Part shown: positions 30,601 through 45,600 of the stretch, piece after piece
Layout of the letters: each line of letters opens with the position of its first letter
Position numbering within the stretch: the stretch's first letter is position 1
Assembly: GCA_002633005.1 (NCBI GenBank)
Contig: NMRA01000074.1
Location: 593,464-657,463 of the forward strand
From: Phoronis australis
Lineage: Eukaryota; Animalia; Phoronida
DNA length: 64,000 nucleotides
Direction of reading: 5' to 3'
Notes under the pieces: model-generated
Told to the model about the DNA's origin: nothing
What the model saw: only the letters and a program-made list of their open reading frames with translations
Database searches by the model: none
Position numbers and translations under genes: made by a program

Positions 30601-33600
30601 GGCATAGAAATCGATGGATTCACGTAACCATTGTTCACTTTTTTCTTATAATAAAAACAATGGCAAGGATTTGTCGATAACGGACTGATGTGCCTCAAGG
30701 TAAGATATCCATATGACCTTTATATCCAACAAATATGCAACAAAGGAAAACAATGGAAGTGACCTACAAGCGATAACCATGCAACACACTTACGCCCGTC
30801 GAATGGGTCTCTCAAAATTAACAATACCTTGCAAATTCCATACGATGTCATTAGGCATGGGGATGGTCTATCTCTATTTTTTCTTTGTTTTTAGTCTTCT
30901 CCTAAGAAGGCTACGAATTTCTGCCCTAGAATGATTTTCTGACATTTCGCTCTGATAACTGGCTAAAGTGAGAGCATTTGGGACCTAGGATAACAAACTT
31001 ACAAACAACACGTCGAACATGACTGTACGACAACAACAGGCTTTAACCAACATACGAAACGTGATGCAGTCAGTACACCATATAAGTAAATGTTGTTTCC
31101 AGGGGTGCATCAATTTGCGCAAGCAGGAAGCGTATGTCTATTAATGTCCTTTTTGATACTGAAATAACTTGAGGTATTTCTCAAGGTAACTGGCAGAGGT
31201 TGGTCAGAGCAAATGCAAACAATGCCCAAATTTAAAACACGAAACACATTAAAAAACATAATTATGCATTAAGTTTCATTCATCAATCTTCAAGATGTAC
31301 TCTCTCGGCTTCGGTGTGTGTTCAAACCTCTCCGAGTAGAAACGGGACGATTTATGATGTAGAATCTACAAGACTTATAAATAATGGCAGTTTGAAGATG
31401 AAGTTTTATATTAGTTCTTATTTATTGTGATGTATGAGCATTTTACAAAAGACCTATGATAATTTTTCACCTCATTCAACCTAGATAAAAAAGTCATTTC
31501 TGAACAGTGAAATCAAATTTGTTTTGGGTTTTCTAACGAAAATCCCAATTGTGCTTCAGATAAAAAATAAAGGATGTATTGTTAATCTGGAATTTTTTTC
31601 TCATTTGATACTTACTTAGCTATGCTTCATTCAAATATGTCCATTTTCCATTTTTTTGTATTTCTATTTTATTCAATCTTGCGTTATTGTAGTATTTTAG
31701 ACCTCATCAAGCCAGTGGTTTAAACAAATATCCAACCATTCATCCACTAATTCACAAACTTCCGTTTTAATTTTAACATAACAATCTGCGAAATGAATCC
31801 ATCACGTTACTCTTTGCTGTTGGCTTTGTTTCGGGTACATTTTTTCAATTGTAGAAGAAATTAACCATCCCATTAAGCTGTACAACATCTTCTGTCCAAA
31901 CCACGCCTCGGTTCGATTGATGATGCAACTTCATGTACAAAGGTGGGTTCCGTTCTTTATTCGCCTACTGCCTATTGGTTCATGAAGTGTGACGCTACCG
32001 CCCTAGGGGTGGCTAGGCAATTTTACCGCCTTGGTTCCAACACTGGCCACTTATTCTATGGAAGATTTCATAAGGGCATAGCTTTGTCTGGAAAATTACC
32101 GAATCGACACTGCCCTACCACACGTAAGGATAATATAATATTCGTTTGGTTCGCAGATGCTATATTGTAAATTAGAAACTCTTGAACACCATTTGCTGTG
32201 CAGTGCCTGCCTGAACAAATACAAATTATGCTGATGAACTGACCACCACCGTATTGTTTACCGAAATTAACTGGTGGGGAAGGTGACGTCACAACTTTCC
32301 GTTTCAACTTGCATAAGAACTTTCTAAAAGTAAAGAGAGCACAGGAACGAAATAGACATGCTTTTGGACTTCACAGCTTTAACATGAACAGCAGTGAGGA
32401 CTGGCAATTATTCTTTTGATGTGGCTACGTGTGTGGGTTAATTTTATAACAAAACAATCCAGCCACACTAACACCTGGATATGGTGAGTGAACCTCTGTT
32501 TCGATAGCTGCCACAGTACATTGGGTCATCAAAGCATCCCGCTGCACGTAAACGAGATAAAAGTTATCTCCTTCGCCAGAGTCTTTCGTGTAATGAACTC
32601 AGTTTACGTCTAAAAGATGTTTTCAGCTGTAAATATACATGTATATCATTCTAGCAAAAACCGGAAGAAAGGCACGTTTCAATGCATGACGTTGACCCAT
32701 ACAAAGTTGCGTAATCTACGTGTGCTGGTTGTTCAGACAGGTGAGTAATTTCTCAAAAATTAATTCTTGATACTGTTTTTGTTTTCAACTCTCCTTCCTA
32801 CATGTATATCTTATCGCGGCAATAAACCATGCTTTGGGTTTCAAAACAATTATCTTCACGAGCGTATTTACTCTTGTCCTTCGCTTTAGCAGAAATTTGC
32901 TGCTATGCCTTCTAGTCCTTTGAGTGGGCTTCTGACACTAAACCTTTATAGCAGGGCCTACGGTTTCACATCCAGAAATTATTTCTAATCTGCTTAAGGA
33001 ACAATGGGAGACCGTCTGTAGAACGTTAAATGGCCTAAATTAGAAGTTGCTATTTTGGCAGGAGGCGCGAGTTTTCTGTCCTTTTTATCGGCAAAACTGA
33101 GGACAGGTGAACAAAATCTACTAAGTGCTGGCATCCATTCAAACGGAAGGACAAAGCCCGCCGCACTCTACGTGACGCGGTTCACTACAACGAGCTACTG
33201 AACTAATGGGAATGAATTTTCCTACAGTGTGCAGTTTGCTGAGTTTCAACTCGACGTTGTCGTCAAAAAATACTTGATATGCAGTGGAAGCCGAAAATTA
33301 GCCAAAAACCTCAGTCATTCTTCAAATAATGCAAGTAAATCGCAAATTCTGATGTTGAAATCACGGTCGAATTTCACTGTCTCTTCAGTTTTATAAGAAA
33401 AACCAACATATTTTACAGTACAGGATAAAGCTGAAAAAATGTTCATCGACTGCCACGGCAGGGACCGAGGTATTACAGAGGAATTTACAATGATGCGTAA
33501 GTACATTTCACGAATTTAAACTGCACTGTGATAACGTAGAAATCGTCGATAAAATGTAACGCTTCGCTTGAATTACTCTACGGCACAACGCATTTTGTCA

Positions 33601-36600
33601 GCAGCAACGGTAGCGGCATCACCACCACCTCCACCACCAGCGCCAGCAGCAACAGCAACATACAACATACATGTACAGTTTATACGCCTGTACGTGTACA
33701 AGAACAGTTTGATTTTTCTATTTTCCTTATCTAGGTCATCCTCCAGACAAGCCATTGTACATGGATAAAACTGTTTTGACCAGCATAAGAGATGAGTATA
33801 AAGGTAGGTATTCCGATTGATTTCTCAGAAACAGCGCCAATCCTCAGCGTTTTATCTTACGTGGTTAGTAGCGTTGAATGTAGATTGTGGCTGAAAAACA
33901 TGTATGGCGAGCAAAGAACATCTAAACTTATCGAACAAAATGTTATTGAGTACCTTTTGCGTAACAGATCATCACGTCTTCTCAGTTCTAAAGCTAATGT
34001 AGGATCATCACGTGGGAACTGTGACTCATTCGCTACCTGTGTCTGTAAGAGGAGGTACTCCTTCACAGAGAGCAATATAGGGGAACATTTTGCCTTCGTG
34101 ACAAGACCCTTTTGCAGTGTATGTGACTAGACGTGGTGTTTTGAAACAAAAGTTATATGGACTCATTGCCCTCCAAAAGCTACCGGGATCCGGTCCCACG
34201 TGATTTCACAGTATTACATGTAGGCTACTTGAAAGTCTCTCAAGAACATTTTCTTGGAACTCCTGACTGCTGAATAATTTCTGTAAATTTTACAGACTCC
34301 ATCAGTGGAAGTTTCATTGTGTATGAAGAAAGTTACTGTAATGCCAACAAACTGCAGTGCTCAGCGCTTAGCTTAACGCCAACTCGCCAAATGCAACTTA
34401 GCGAAACCTCAGGTCGCCAAATGAAGACAGAGGTCAGCGACCAAAAAAATAATAAAAAATAAAACTTCGTGCCGTTACAAAAAACGAACACCTCTTTCAG
34501 TTAATTGACTGACAGCTGTCGGTAGTAGATATACATTTGAAAAAGATTCGAGAGCGGTTTTCACATCTGAGCTAATCTTACATCGGATTTCAAGTAAAAC
34601 TTTATTCGCTCAATAATCACGAATGTAACGAGTTGGAACAGCGACCTTTGTTTAATGGCTTACTTTTGTCAGAAAAACTTTTGCAGGACAGCTGTGTGCT
34701 CCATCCAATTTATTCCTTGGCGTCTTCACATTCAAAGGAAATCCGCACCGCACCATTCGATTTCAGAAAGCAGGATACGTAGTGTATGGGAAGACCGACA
34801 CGCCTGACGGATTCGGTAAGTCTTATGTTTGAAACGTTACTTGGGGAAACGTGGCTCATTTGTTAGTATTACGCGACCATTGAAACCTCTGATTGACTGA
34901 AAGGTGGCTTGACAATTTCGGATTTAGTTTTAATATTGACTACTTTAACGTAGAATGTCGCTTTTCATTCATGCCATCCAAACGTCAGAGGACGCGCTAA
35001 TCGCGATTTGACCAATCAGACGCAGTAGAACCAAGGAGTTTAGTAGAGTAGGAGAGTTCACTTGAATGTGAGTTCGCTGTTACCGCTACTACTATCGCCG
35101 CCAAGTGGTGAACAAGCAACGGTCAACCAGGAAGTGCCAAAACAATGGGGATGGACGCATTTTGCAGTGCGATAAATTGCATGAATTCATCCACAAAAAC
35201 CCCAGACGTGTCATTTTTAGGTTCCATAAGGATTCAGAAAGGGAAGGATTATCTGTTATTCAATAATATGATAGACTGTATTTCATTTTGTGTGTTCTGT
35301 TCACGGTTGTTAGACAAGTTTATCGCAGTCCCATTGCCACTGTTGTCTGCAGTGTAGCAGGCTAGGCCTACTGTAGAGCCGGGCTGTCCGCGGAAGGACA
35401 ATGATTAACGTACGATGTGATCGTAAGCTTTTTGGATACTTGCAGTTCATGAATTCCACGAGGGGTGAAAATGTCACCCAAATGATCGCAGGGACAATTT
35501 TAGGAAAACATACCCATGGCTATGGGTAATATAACTGGTGACACGGCCGTGGAACAATCACAGCCACAGGGCCTCAAGTCTGTCATGAGTCAAGTTAGAG
35601 AATCTGTTGGTCTCGGTGAAAAGGTGAAAAAATCGACATAATTTTAATGTGCCAGCTGGATCAATTAAGTTGAGCAGTGCGTCATTGAAAATTTAATTCT
35701 ATATGCCAATGATGCAGCGGCGAGGCCCTTAAATATCCGTGGACTGACATTTAAGCCCCAGTTGTGGATAAGTAAGACACATGGTCTTGTGGTCTGGGTT
35801 CAACTTACCTGAAATACTTGCTGTTATTGATAATAGGAACAGTGGGTATATAAAATTAAATTCTGGTTTTATCATCCAAGTCACTCTTTTTAATTCAGTT
35901 TTGTATGAAGCTACGCGGGAAGTGAATATTTTGATTGCTGTACAGCATGTTAATTCTTTGTCATGACATTTTGAACTTGGACTAGTTATGAGTGATATAC
36001 TCAATGTTACTTCGTTTTTTTAGGTTGTGAGCTACATGTAATCTACAGATCAGCGACTGTTTTGTAACTGTTGGTGATTATATTGGGAGAGTGGAATCGA
36101 GTTAACCCTATACTGGAATGGAATGTTCTAAAATTATATTACGATTTTGTGGTAGTGATAAATTGCTTTGGTTTCTTCTTCTTACTTGTGTAACACCCAC
36201 TGCACAAAACAATTGTTCGCATTGCTAGTATCCTGGCGCATTGAGTACGGATCACATGGGAAATTGTTGGGTGGAGATGAAACCAGCAGTGATCTGGGAG
36301 CAACATGTTTGTCAATGGTCAGAGGAGCAACCAAAATGTGTGACGATGGGAAGGGCTCAACTCCATTGTGGCATGCCTCATTGGTTTTTACCCGTTTAGC
36401 ACTCCTCCCATGTAACCCCCTTAGGAGGGGGTCAACACGCATTTGGCGCCCACCTGGTTTTTGCCTGTTGCTCCCTTAGCTGGCACGGGGGGGATTCCCC
36501 TCTGAATCCCCAGGAGCAATCATTCAAATTATATAGTCCACGGAGGTATAAACTGTTATAAGGAACGATAATTGCCTTGTTAAGAACTCAAACTTGAAAC

Positions 36601-39600
36601 AAAACCATGGTGGAGAATAAAAACAAAAACAATTTAATATTGATTAAAATACACATTTTCGTTCTCATTTGATTATACATGTAAGTGGATGTTAGTTTAT
36701 GTATTCTAACCACTTTCAATCACACAGTAATTTTATTGCACTTTGAATGTCATTTAAATATGAATTTATCAGTGTTTGCATTGTTCGGACTGCGCTCCTA
36801 AGTGTTGATTACTCACCGCTTGGGGCTCTAGTGTTTCGACCGGTTTTTATTGCGGCGAATGGCAAAATGGCAGAGTGAACTCTCCTACTGTACTACACTC
36901 CTTGGTAGAACTGTAAACCCTGACGACAAATCGAGCAAACGAAGTAATTTGATTAAAACAGGTAAAAAAAGTCATTCTAATATGAGATGAAAAATAATCA
37001 GTGGTCGTGTAACAAAATACGTATAGACCGATTCCTTCGGGGTAGATCCGTATTTGTGAAAACTGACTGCCCTCCATCTCTTTCTTACTCGCCACCTTAA
37101 ACTGAACTTGTAAACTGCGGTACTCAGCAACACGCAGACTGTCCCAAAAATGAATTCACACCTCAGTACGACGCGGGGAATTCAAATTTAGTTCCTGTGG
37201 GTCAAAGAAATGTATTTCTCAAGTTAAATGCGAAATGTTCTCTTATTTGCGAGAGAATGCCGAGATTTTTTATTTAATTTAGCGCAAATCGTATATGTGG
37301 GCTGCGTTCCGTTACTCAAGGCACTCGCTTTACACTTGAGACGAGAAAACTTTGCGCATAACGGAAACTCTGATTTTACTCACGTACACCATTCTAAATG
37401 GTAAAGTCCCACTTACAGTATGAGGCGGGCATTTTGTAAGCTGAACCTATGAAGATCTCGAGCTTTTTTGCTTTCACTCACGAGACTTCATGTTATCTGG
37501 CACGATCTTTCAAGAACGCATCCTAGGACATGTCTTTCCAGACACATCACCAAGGGGGATTCAACAATTGCTTGAACTTAAAACCACTTGCCCGGACTTC
37601 TAAACCAGTCGACTGGACTGCAAAGCCAAATGGCCGGTGATCAAACGTGATGTCCGGACTTCTAAGCGTGATGTCCTCACTCCAAAAAAACTAGTTGGGT
37701 CAGGACCCAAAACACGATGACCGGTGCGCTGATCGACTACGACGGCCGGACTTCCTCAGACTCGCTCTGTCTTGAAGATTCAGGAGACACCTAGAGTTTA
37801 TTTTTTGTACCTTTTTGTTTATTTTGTTCAAAATCGGTGACTTGTTAGGTCATTACGTTTGACCACCGGCCAACCTATTTTGAGGTCCTACTACCAAGTT
37901 AGAGCACTGGCCATTGGGGTTTGCAGTCCATCCAGTTGGTTTTGAAGTTCAACCAATTGTCGATTCACCCCTTGATCACATGTGGAATTCATGCAAACAT
38001 TTGGGCAGTTGAGTTGGTTGTTGAATTTTTGTTGTGTTCAATTTTTGTTCATCCCAGTCGTTTTATGTTTTAGACTGCGAGGGCGATTATGTTTACTACA
38101 CGAACGTCGAGTGTTTCGATAAGCAGCGTGGCATTCGCCTTCTGGCTAAGGTTAAGAAGAATGAATTCCAATGTTTGACCTTACAGAGGAGCCCAGACAG
38201 CATCAAAATGTTTGGCGTTACTGTCACTTCGTGTAAGTACGAATAAGGGATTCAAAAACTCGTAAGATAGCGTTCGCAAAATGCATTAAGCTATAATAGG
38301 ACCTCCATACTGACAGACAGCTCTTTGTTCTCAACAAATCCAGAATATAAAAAGACGAACCTGTCTTCCTTAAAACCATCAAGTGAACATGAAGTGATCT
38401 CTATCAAGACGAGTAAGAGTTCCTAAGTATGCAACATCCGGGTATTACAGACAATGATGACTTTACAGAACAAAACTAATCCGACAAACTACCGTTTCAC
38501 CGTCGTTACGGTCAATTATGTTCACAGTAGAAAGGACTTGTTAGGACTTAAGTAGTGACAAAATTCTAATTAAAGAATGACTTGGCCAGCTTTTTAAGTC
38601 TGCTGTTAAGTCTCTTTCATTTTCGGTCGTGAAATAAGTTTCATTCTGACAGACGATGACTTCAGCTGCTGCCTAGCCGTCATGACGGTCAATTCCGAGT
38701 CATTTTGTCTTAGATACTTTCGACATGAACTGCATGTGATCTTAGTGCAAGGAGGAAATTTACCTTAGATGAGATGTATCGGCTCTTCTATTTTAGACGT
38801 TAAGAGAGCAGAAGAAGCATGTTGCAATGTTTATCACGTCCTCCCAGACGATGTTGCATGCAAAACCTTCAATGTTGAGCTATACAGTAAGTGCGAGCAT
38901 GCTTATTCAGTCAAACCTATACACGATACTTTACGCCAGGTTAGCATCAAGGTGACAATTTTGCTTCATTTTTCCTGATAACATTGCAAACCCTTAGTGT
39001 TACGGAACGTCACTCTCTCCCTCCAAGCCTTTCTCCTTATCCCTGTCCTCTCTTTCCTCAATTTAGAGATAGGGCGCTTAAGCTATTTTTTCAGTGGTGG
39101 CTCACATAACTTTAAGAATATTACAAATCGACCTCTAACATCAATTCTCTTTTTGAATTATACATGAAGTGGCTTTTTAAAATCAGAAACTATCAATTTC
39201 TATCACAAATGTCCACACGTGAAATGTTTTAAGTTGCAGTGAAGTTTAATAGTTTGCTGCTTTTTCATCTCATTAGTATTACCTTCTTGCCAAAAGATCT
39301 TTTTTATTGATAACAGTTGTTTCAGGAGTGAGTGAGCCTGTACCAGACGTCCCAGGTGCAGGAAGTGATTCGCTAAAAAGTCACGGGGATGTGAATAATA
39401 AGGAACAAAGGAATAAACAAGACAAAGACATAGAAATTTCACTTTTACATCACTACGTAAAAGGCGATTTTGCTAGGGGGGAAGATCGCAAACCTAGTAT
39501 CAAAAAGGACTTTAATGAAATCGAAAATAACGATGAACTGACAAAAACCAAGGCGTCTGTTGGTGATGTAGAGGTAGAGTTTCAGCCTGTTCTAAAAGCA

Positions 39601-42600
39601 ACACAAAGGACAAAACAAGTGAACTTGAAGCTCAATAGCGGACCGTCCACTAGAAAGCGCGTGGGCAACAAGGAAGTCGAAGACCAACCATTTAAAACGG
39701 TGAAGGCCAAGGTGATCGAGACCAAATTTGAACCCAAAGTGAACACTAAGGTTGACGGCTTTCTAACTGTACAGTCCGACAAAGTTCCTAACATCATTGC
39801 CAAAACCGAAGAAGAGTTCGTCGAGTCTTTGCCGACACTCCACCGACATGAGCAGTTACAAGTCGACGTCGTTCATCAACAGACGGGGGAAAGCAAAGTT
39901 TCGACGTCTGCGAAAGCGAAGATGGAGCATCACTATTCGGTTGCCAAAAATTCTAACATGATGAAAGTACACAGTCACAGTAAGCGAATAGTACTCGATT
40001 GTAGAGATATCCTAGAGAAAGAGAGAGAGAGAACCACGCAGAACACGAAAGCACGCACTCTCGATAGAAAACTAGACCAATTATTTGAAAGTGACGGGAA
40101 AGATAATGCCAGAAGAGGAAGAAGTGTAAGAGCCACAAAAAGACTAGAACATATGACTTCGGGTTAGTAGAACTGCGGTTGTTAGATCTACCATAACAAT
40201 GGATCGTTGAGGCTTGTTTGGAAAGTCGCGCTTTCACCATTTTCAATGTTTTATTTTTCTGAAGTTTCGGAATCTGTTGATATTAATCAAAATGATTCTG
40301 ACCTCCTATTGATTCTTATTCGAACATATTGTAGACCTATTCTAACAATACGTCGCTGTGGCTTGTCTTGAGAGCTGCTCTTTGGCGTATTAAATGTTTC
40401 GTGTTTTGACGTTTCACAATTGTTTGTCATTGTCCCCACGGCACTTTTTGTAAATCTGCCTCTAATGCTGACACAGAATGACCTCACAAGAACACTAAGC
40501 TATTTGGAAATACTGAGAGTAAAACCTTCATCAGTTTGCCTATAACAATCACTTCACGAAACGTAAGCCTGCGTTTTGTCTTTTCTAGAAGGCAACCGCC
40601 ACGCCCGGCCATTGTACATTCACGTCTCCCCCTGGTGGTCAATAACCTTTAATCGTCGTATCGTCGTGAGCGCCGTGAATCTAACGCTGAAGTTTGAGGA
40701 GGTTAACCTTATTGGTGATTATTTCAAGCTTTTATCTGCCATTGGGTTGTAGTTAAATATAGAGCTACAACGCATACAATGTGATAACGAACCGTTGATA
40801 CCGGTGTAGGTCCAAAGTATGGTATACGTGCCTAAACATTTGGAATATATTGGGTGTGTTACACGCTGGAGTTATATTCATGGACTACTCACAATACATG
40901 CCAGCTCGCCTAGCAAAACCATAGAAGAAATAGATTCACTTCCCCGACTAACATTCGGACTTTGTGGGGTCTTGCTTAGGTTATCCGCTTCAATCAGTTG
41001 TACCAGCGTATACTGATCGGCAAACATGGTAAGAAATCGAAGTTTCACTTCGTGTACACTACTGACATCGTTGGGTATATTCAGCTCAGATTCATATGCC
41101 AAGATATTTCTTATTCCAAAGCAATAAATAACGCATTTATCTCCAATTTCTCAGCACTGCGTAGAATACACAAGATAACCGTGCGTGTGGGTGAGACGTC
41201 AGAAAACTTGAACCACTCGAAAAGGTGCTTTACCTATTACGGCTACGCCACTGAAGGTAGAAACATGGTTTTTCGCTGTGAGCGTCCTCTCGAGGGAAAA
41301 GCTGTCATTATTGTTGCAAACAACAATCGCGGTGATATGGATAGTTTTTACAGAGCGTTGGTTGTCAAGGTGAATGGAACTAGTCCTTCGAATGGTAACT
41401 ATTTTTCATTGCAAAAGTTGTAATTGACGAAATGCAGGTTAAATCATTCTCGATAAAGAAAAAAAAACATTTTAGCTGGTCAAAACCAAATGTATAATTA
41501 TTCGTTATGAACGACTACAAATCCGCGTTCTCTCTAACAAGAGAGCTTTTTAGCGACGTAAAATTGGTCTAAACTTCTTCCTTACTTGGATGTGACTTCT
41601 GGTCTATGCAAGATCATTACACCTGGGCTAGCCATATTACACACGTATCAATGTTATACTGGTTAGTCGTCGTTTGACATTAGAATGCTCATCATGCATA
41701 AATTTCAAGAACGGTCAAGTGTTGCATTCCTAAAAACTATTCCAAGTAAAACTGTTAAACAATCGAATAAGATTTGGTGCGATGTAATACAGATGGGGAT
41801 AGATTTTTCATCCGAAACATTCAGCGCCATCTAGAAACCACGCGTGTATTTGACATAGAGTGGAATATAGATATACGTCTTGTCGTAGAATACTCGTCGA
41901 TGGGAAGTGGTGACGACAATTTCAGGAAACCAGCACGAAAACAGTGGAAACGATCTTCACAGTATACCTCAACGCAGAAACAAAATGGCGGAAAATTCTT
42001 AACCCCCAAACGCAACTTGCGGAGTAGGTCACGACTAATCTATAAAATTAGGGAAGACATAATTAAATGAAACATACATTTGTATCTGGGATAATCAACG
42101 AACCGTATTTTTATTAAAATGACATGAAAAGAAGTTGCCTTCGCCTTTAAATAGCACTATCAACATTTGTAATTTCCTAACTACACGTAATGTGGTTTTT
42201 ACGAGACCACTGTTTGCAACACTGCTATGGTAAACAGAGGATGTTGTATGGTTTGTGTGCAGTTGGAAACATAGCGTCAGTGGCACCTGCGGACCCTGTC
42301 GATGTTAAAAACGATCACTGGAGTGATTGGTCCTCGTGTTCTCTTACTTGTGGGGAAGGTAGACAGTACAGAGATCGCAAGTGTATTTACGAACCGTGCG
42401 TTAAAACCAATCGAGAAACACAGGTACATACATTGTGAAAGTGCAGCATAAACCTCATTTTGGTGTTAACACTTACAGTACTTTGGGTAATCAGTTGCCT
42501 GTAAATCCTCCTTTCGTAATATTAACTTTTGATTTAGACTGTCCTTATTTGAAATTGGTCTTACCCATTTTCCATACACCAATTCTTTAATCAGATGTGG

Positions 42601-45600
42601 TTTCTGGTCAAAGATGTGCACCAAGTATGATCTTAAGTGTTAAAACTGCTACAGTCTTGCATTGAAAGTCTGTACCAGAGCTGACATGAAAATTCGTTAG
42701 TACAGTTTCCATATCCGTAAACTTAGCATCTCTTTTACAATACCGTAAACTTATTTACTGCAAGATAATTTGCGGCGAATGGATTATCTCTTAATAGTTG
42801 ATATGTCCTCAGTAGCATCTCGTCTTCCCCGTTGCCTTGCAATGCAGCCATGGATATACCTGTCCGTACGTTGCCGCACACTGCTCAATTCTATCATTTG
42901 CTCTAAGCCATGTTCAAAAGATCCCTGTGAGAATGACCATGTCCAGAGGACAACGTTGCTGCTCTCTGGAGCCGATGGTAAGGGGAGTTTTGAAGGAGAA
43001 CGAAGAGTAAACGCCGCAAAAGCTCAGCCAAACAACGTACCGGGTTTGTGTAACTGCTGTGTACATATACTCATCTGTGAAACTTTGAGATTTCTTAAAG
43101 TTGGGTAGTAATTTTAAAGCTTCGCATGAAATTCACACAAATATCATCGTTTTTTTGAAAGTTGTTTCTTTTGTGTTGTTTTTCAGTGACAAGAAAGCTA
43201 GCCTCCTTTCAATGTTTTGTTGGATAAACAAGTTACTGTATGTGTGAATATTCTATTCAAAACAGAACAAACATATCATAACTCGGCTGTTTGTCTAAGC
43301 AATCCAGACATAGAAACGACTTGTCATTTAAGGAGACGGAGAACACCATCGACCTTCGTTGATTCAGACCTCGCCCTGGTGGGCAATGACCTTCAAACAT
43401 CGGATTGTTGTGAGTGGCATGAACCTGACTGTCAAGCTTCTAGGAAACCCTGTCGGTAATCTAATCCAGTCGTACTGATGCCTTGTTGCTGTTTTTCAAA
43501 TAAGTTATACATAATCTGATTTAGCTTCCCACCATTAACGCGCAAGAGTTAGGTGATCATGCTAATGCTACACGTAAATTGCCCATTTGTATCAGAGGTC
43601 ATTTCGTAGACATAACGAAATTGTTAATTTTCTTCCCAAATTATCGTTTTTCTCATTTTCGGCAGCACTACCAAGAACACGTAAGATAACTGTGCTCGTT
43701 GGTGAGGAGCCAGCGGACTTGAACCACTCGAAAACCTGTTTCACCTTCTACGGTGTTCCTGCTGTCAGGAGTGTAACGCTCATGTGCAAGCTCCCTCTGG
43801 AGGGAAAATCGATCATTATCCGGGCGAACGGCAACGGTGACTTTGGGCCGTTCTACAAATCTCTCAGAGCAAATATAATACGCCCTAAAGGTAACGATAT
43901 TCAAGTCTACGTTAGAAACACTCGTAAACCATAGGTGAAGAAACACATTTGAAGCGTTCTTGGCGTCGGAGTGAAAAATTTTTGGTTGGATTTGCAGTCT
44001 CTGGCTGCAAAATTCACTAGTTATATTGCAATCATGGTGTCAGAATTCTAAGCCTGAGATCTAACCCTTACCTTTATTCTACTTTTGTGCGATCTCAAAA
44101 TATCTGCCTATTATTCTTTGCTCCAGAATATGTTGACTTTTGTGAATAACCGCCTTATCCTAGTTTGCACTTGATGACTCCAACATTGAGGCTGAAAGTT
44201 CGAGTTATTGGAGAAAGTGCTCACGTGGTCTACAAACTCGTGTATAAATCACAATGTACTCTAGCGCAGTGTAATAGGCATTCATGAAATTGTATCAAAG
44301 AAGAAAAAAAATTAAAAAAAGAATTCGAGGTCGATTTGGAGTAAAAATACTGGACCCCGACCCTTGTGTATTACTGCTTTATAATACTTAGAAACGAAGT
44401 TTATGGTTGCGTGTTTTTTGTACAGCCAGAAGTTCCGCAACAATAACATTCCAGGCCACAGTCGACGTTAAGAAGGATCACTGGAGTTATTGGTCGTCGT
44501 GTTCGACGACCTGTGGAGGTTTCCAGTTCCGGCAGCGCATGTGCACTCCCGAACCTTGTGTAAAGACCAACCGAGTGACTCGGGTACGTATGCACTGAGT
44601 CTTAATTCATGTACATGTATGAACTTTGGATTAGCATTTATAACAGCAGTGACGACGGGTTGTAAGCTGCAACAGAGAAAATACTAAACATGGGGAAAAT
44701 AACCATGCAAGTATTGAGTTTGGCTTTCCTCTTAGTATGCTGTCTTCATTTATACGACCTAGTGAATCTTGTACCGTTTCTATGGCAATGAGTTTGCCCG
44801 TTCGGTGTCTTTATTGTAACAGTTCAAACCCCAGGTGACCCGAGAAGAAATTGGTCAATCTAAATTTTATTTCTTTCAAGACTTGTGAAAACTCGTGTGC
44901 AAAAAACCAGGTGCATCATTCACCACCACCATCTCAGAATCCCGACGATCTTGAAGTCACCGTTTCCGCCTACCATACAGTTCCAGATGTCGGAGGGTCA
45001 CGTATTCCTACGCAAAAGTCAGCACTTGTTCTTAGTGAATGGAGCGATTGGACCCAATGGTCGAAATGTCCGACTACTTGCGGTGGCAAGGACGTGGTCA
45101 CGCGCAGCAGATCTCGTGATGCAAGCAAGGACCAGCAATCTAAAACGTGAGTCTCGCCACATCTAGCACAACTGTGCATGTAATTTACGCTTTATTGTTC
45201 ACAAAATCGAATGCTTCGTTAAACCCCGGCTTGACCACTATGAACACCAACTTATTTACACTGGCACACGTTTCGGTCAGTCATTCCTCCGACCGTCTTC
45301 AATTGTTACAGTGTCCCTAGAAGAACGAGCACGGGTGTAAAGTGCACTCATGGTGGAAGCTGGGATTGAACTAGAAACTTATACATTACCAATCCAGTGC
45401 TGTAACTATTACATCGCACACCACCGAGTCACTCATTGTCTTTAAGAAAAATGTGTCACACTTATATCTTCCTTATTTTTGCCATTTGAGTTCTGAGCTC
45501 CTGAATTCTCCCTGTTGATTATTTATGTTGTTAATGTCACCCACTATTTTATTTAGTTACGTAAGCAACAATTGACTCCAGATTGGCCTACCTTTAACAA

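Noticed and set aside
45310-45430. tRNA-like / SINE-like fragments (also about 20580-20650 and 32900-33230)
   Set aside because: Too degenerate to fold as tRNA or to delimit. Probably old SINE remnants, not supportable without a repeat library.
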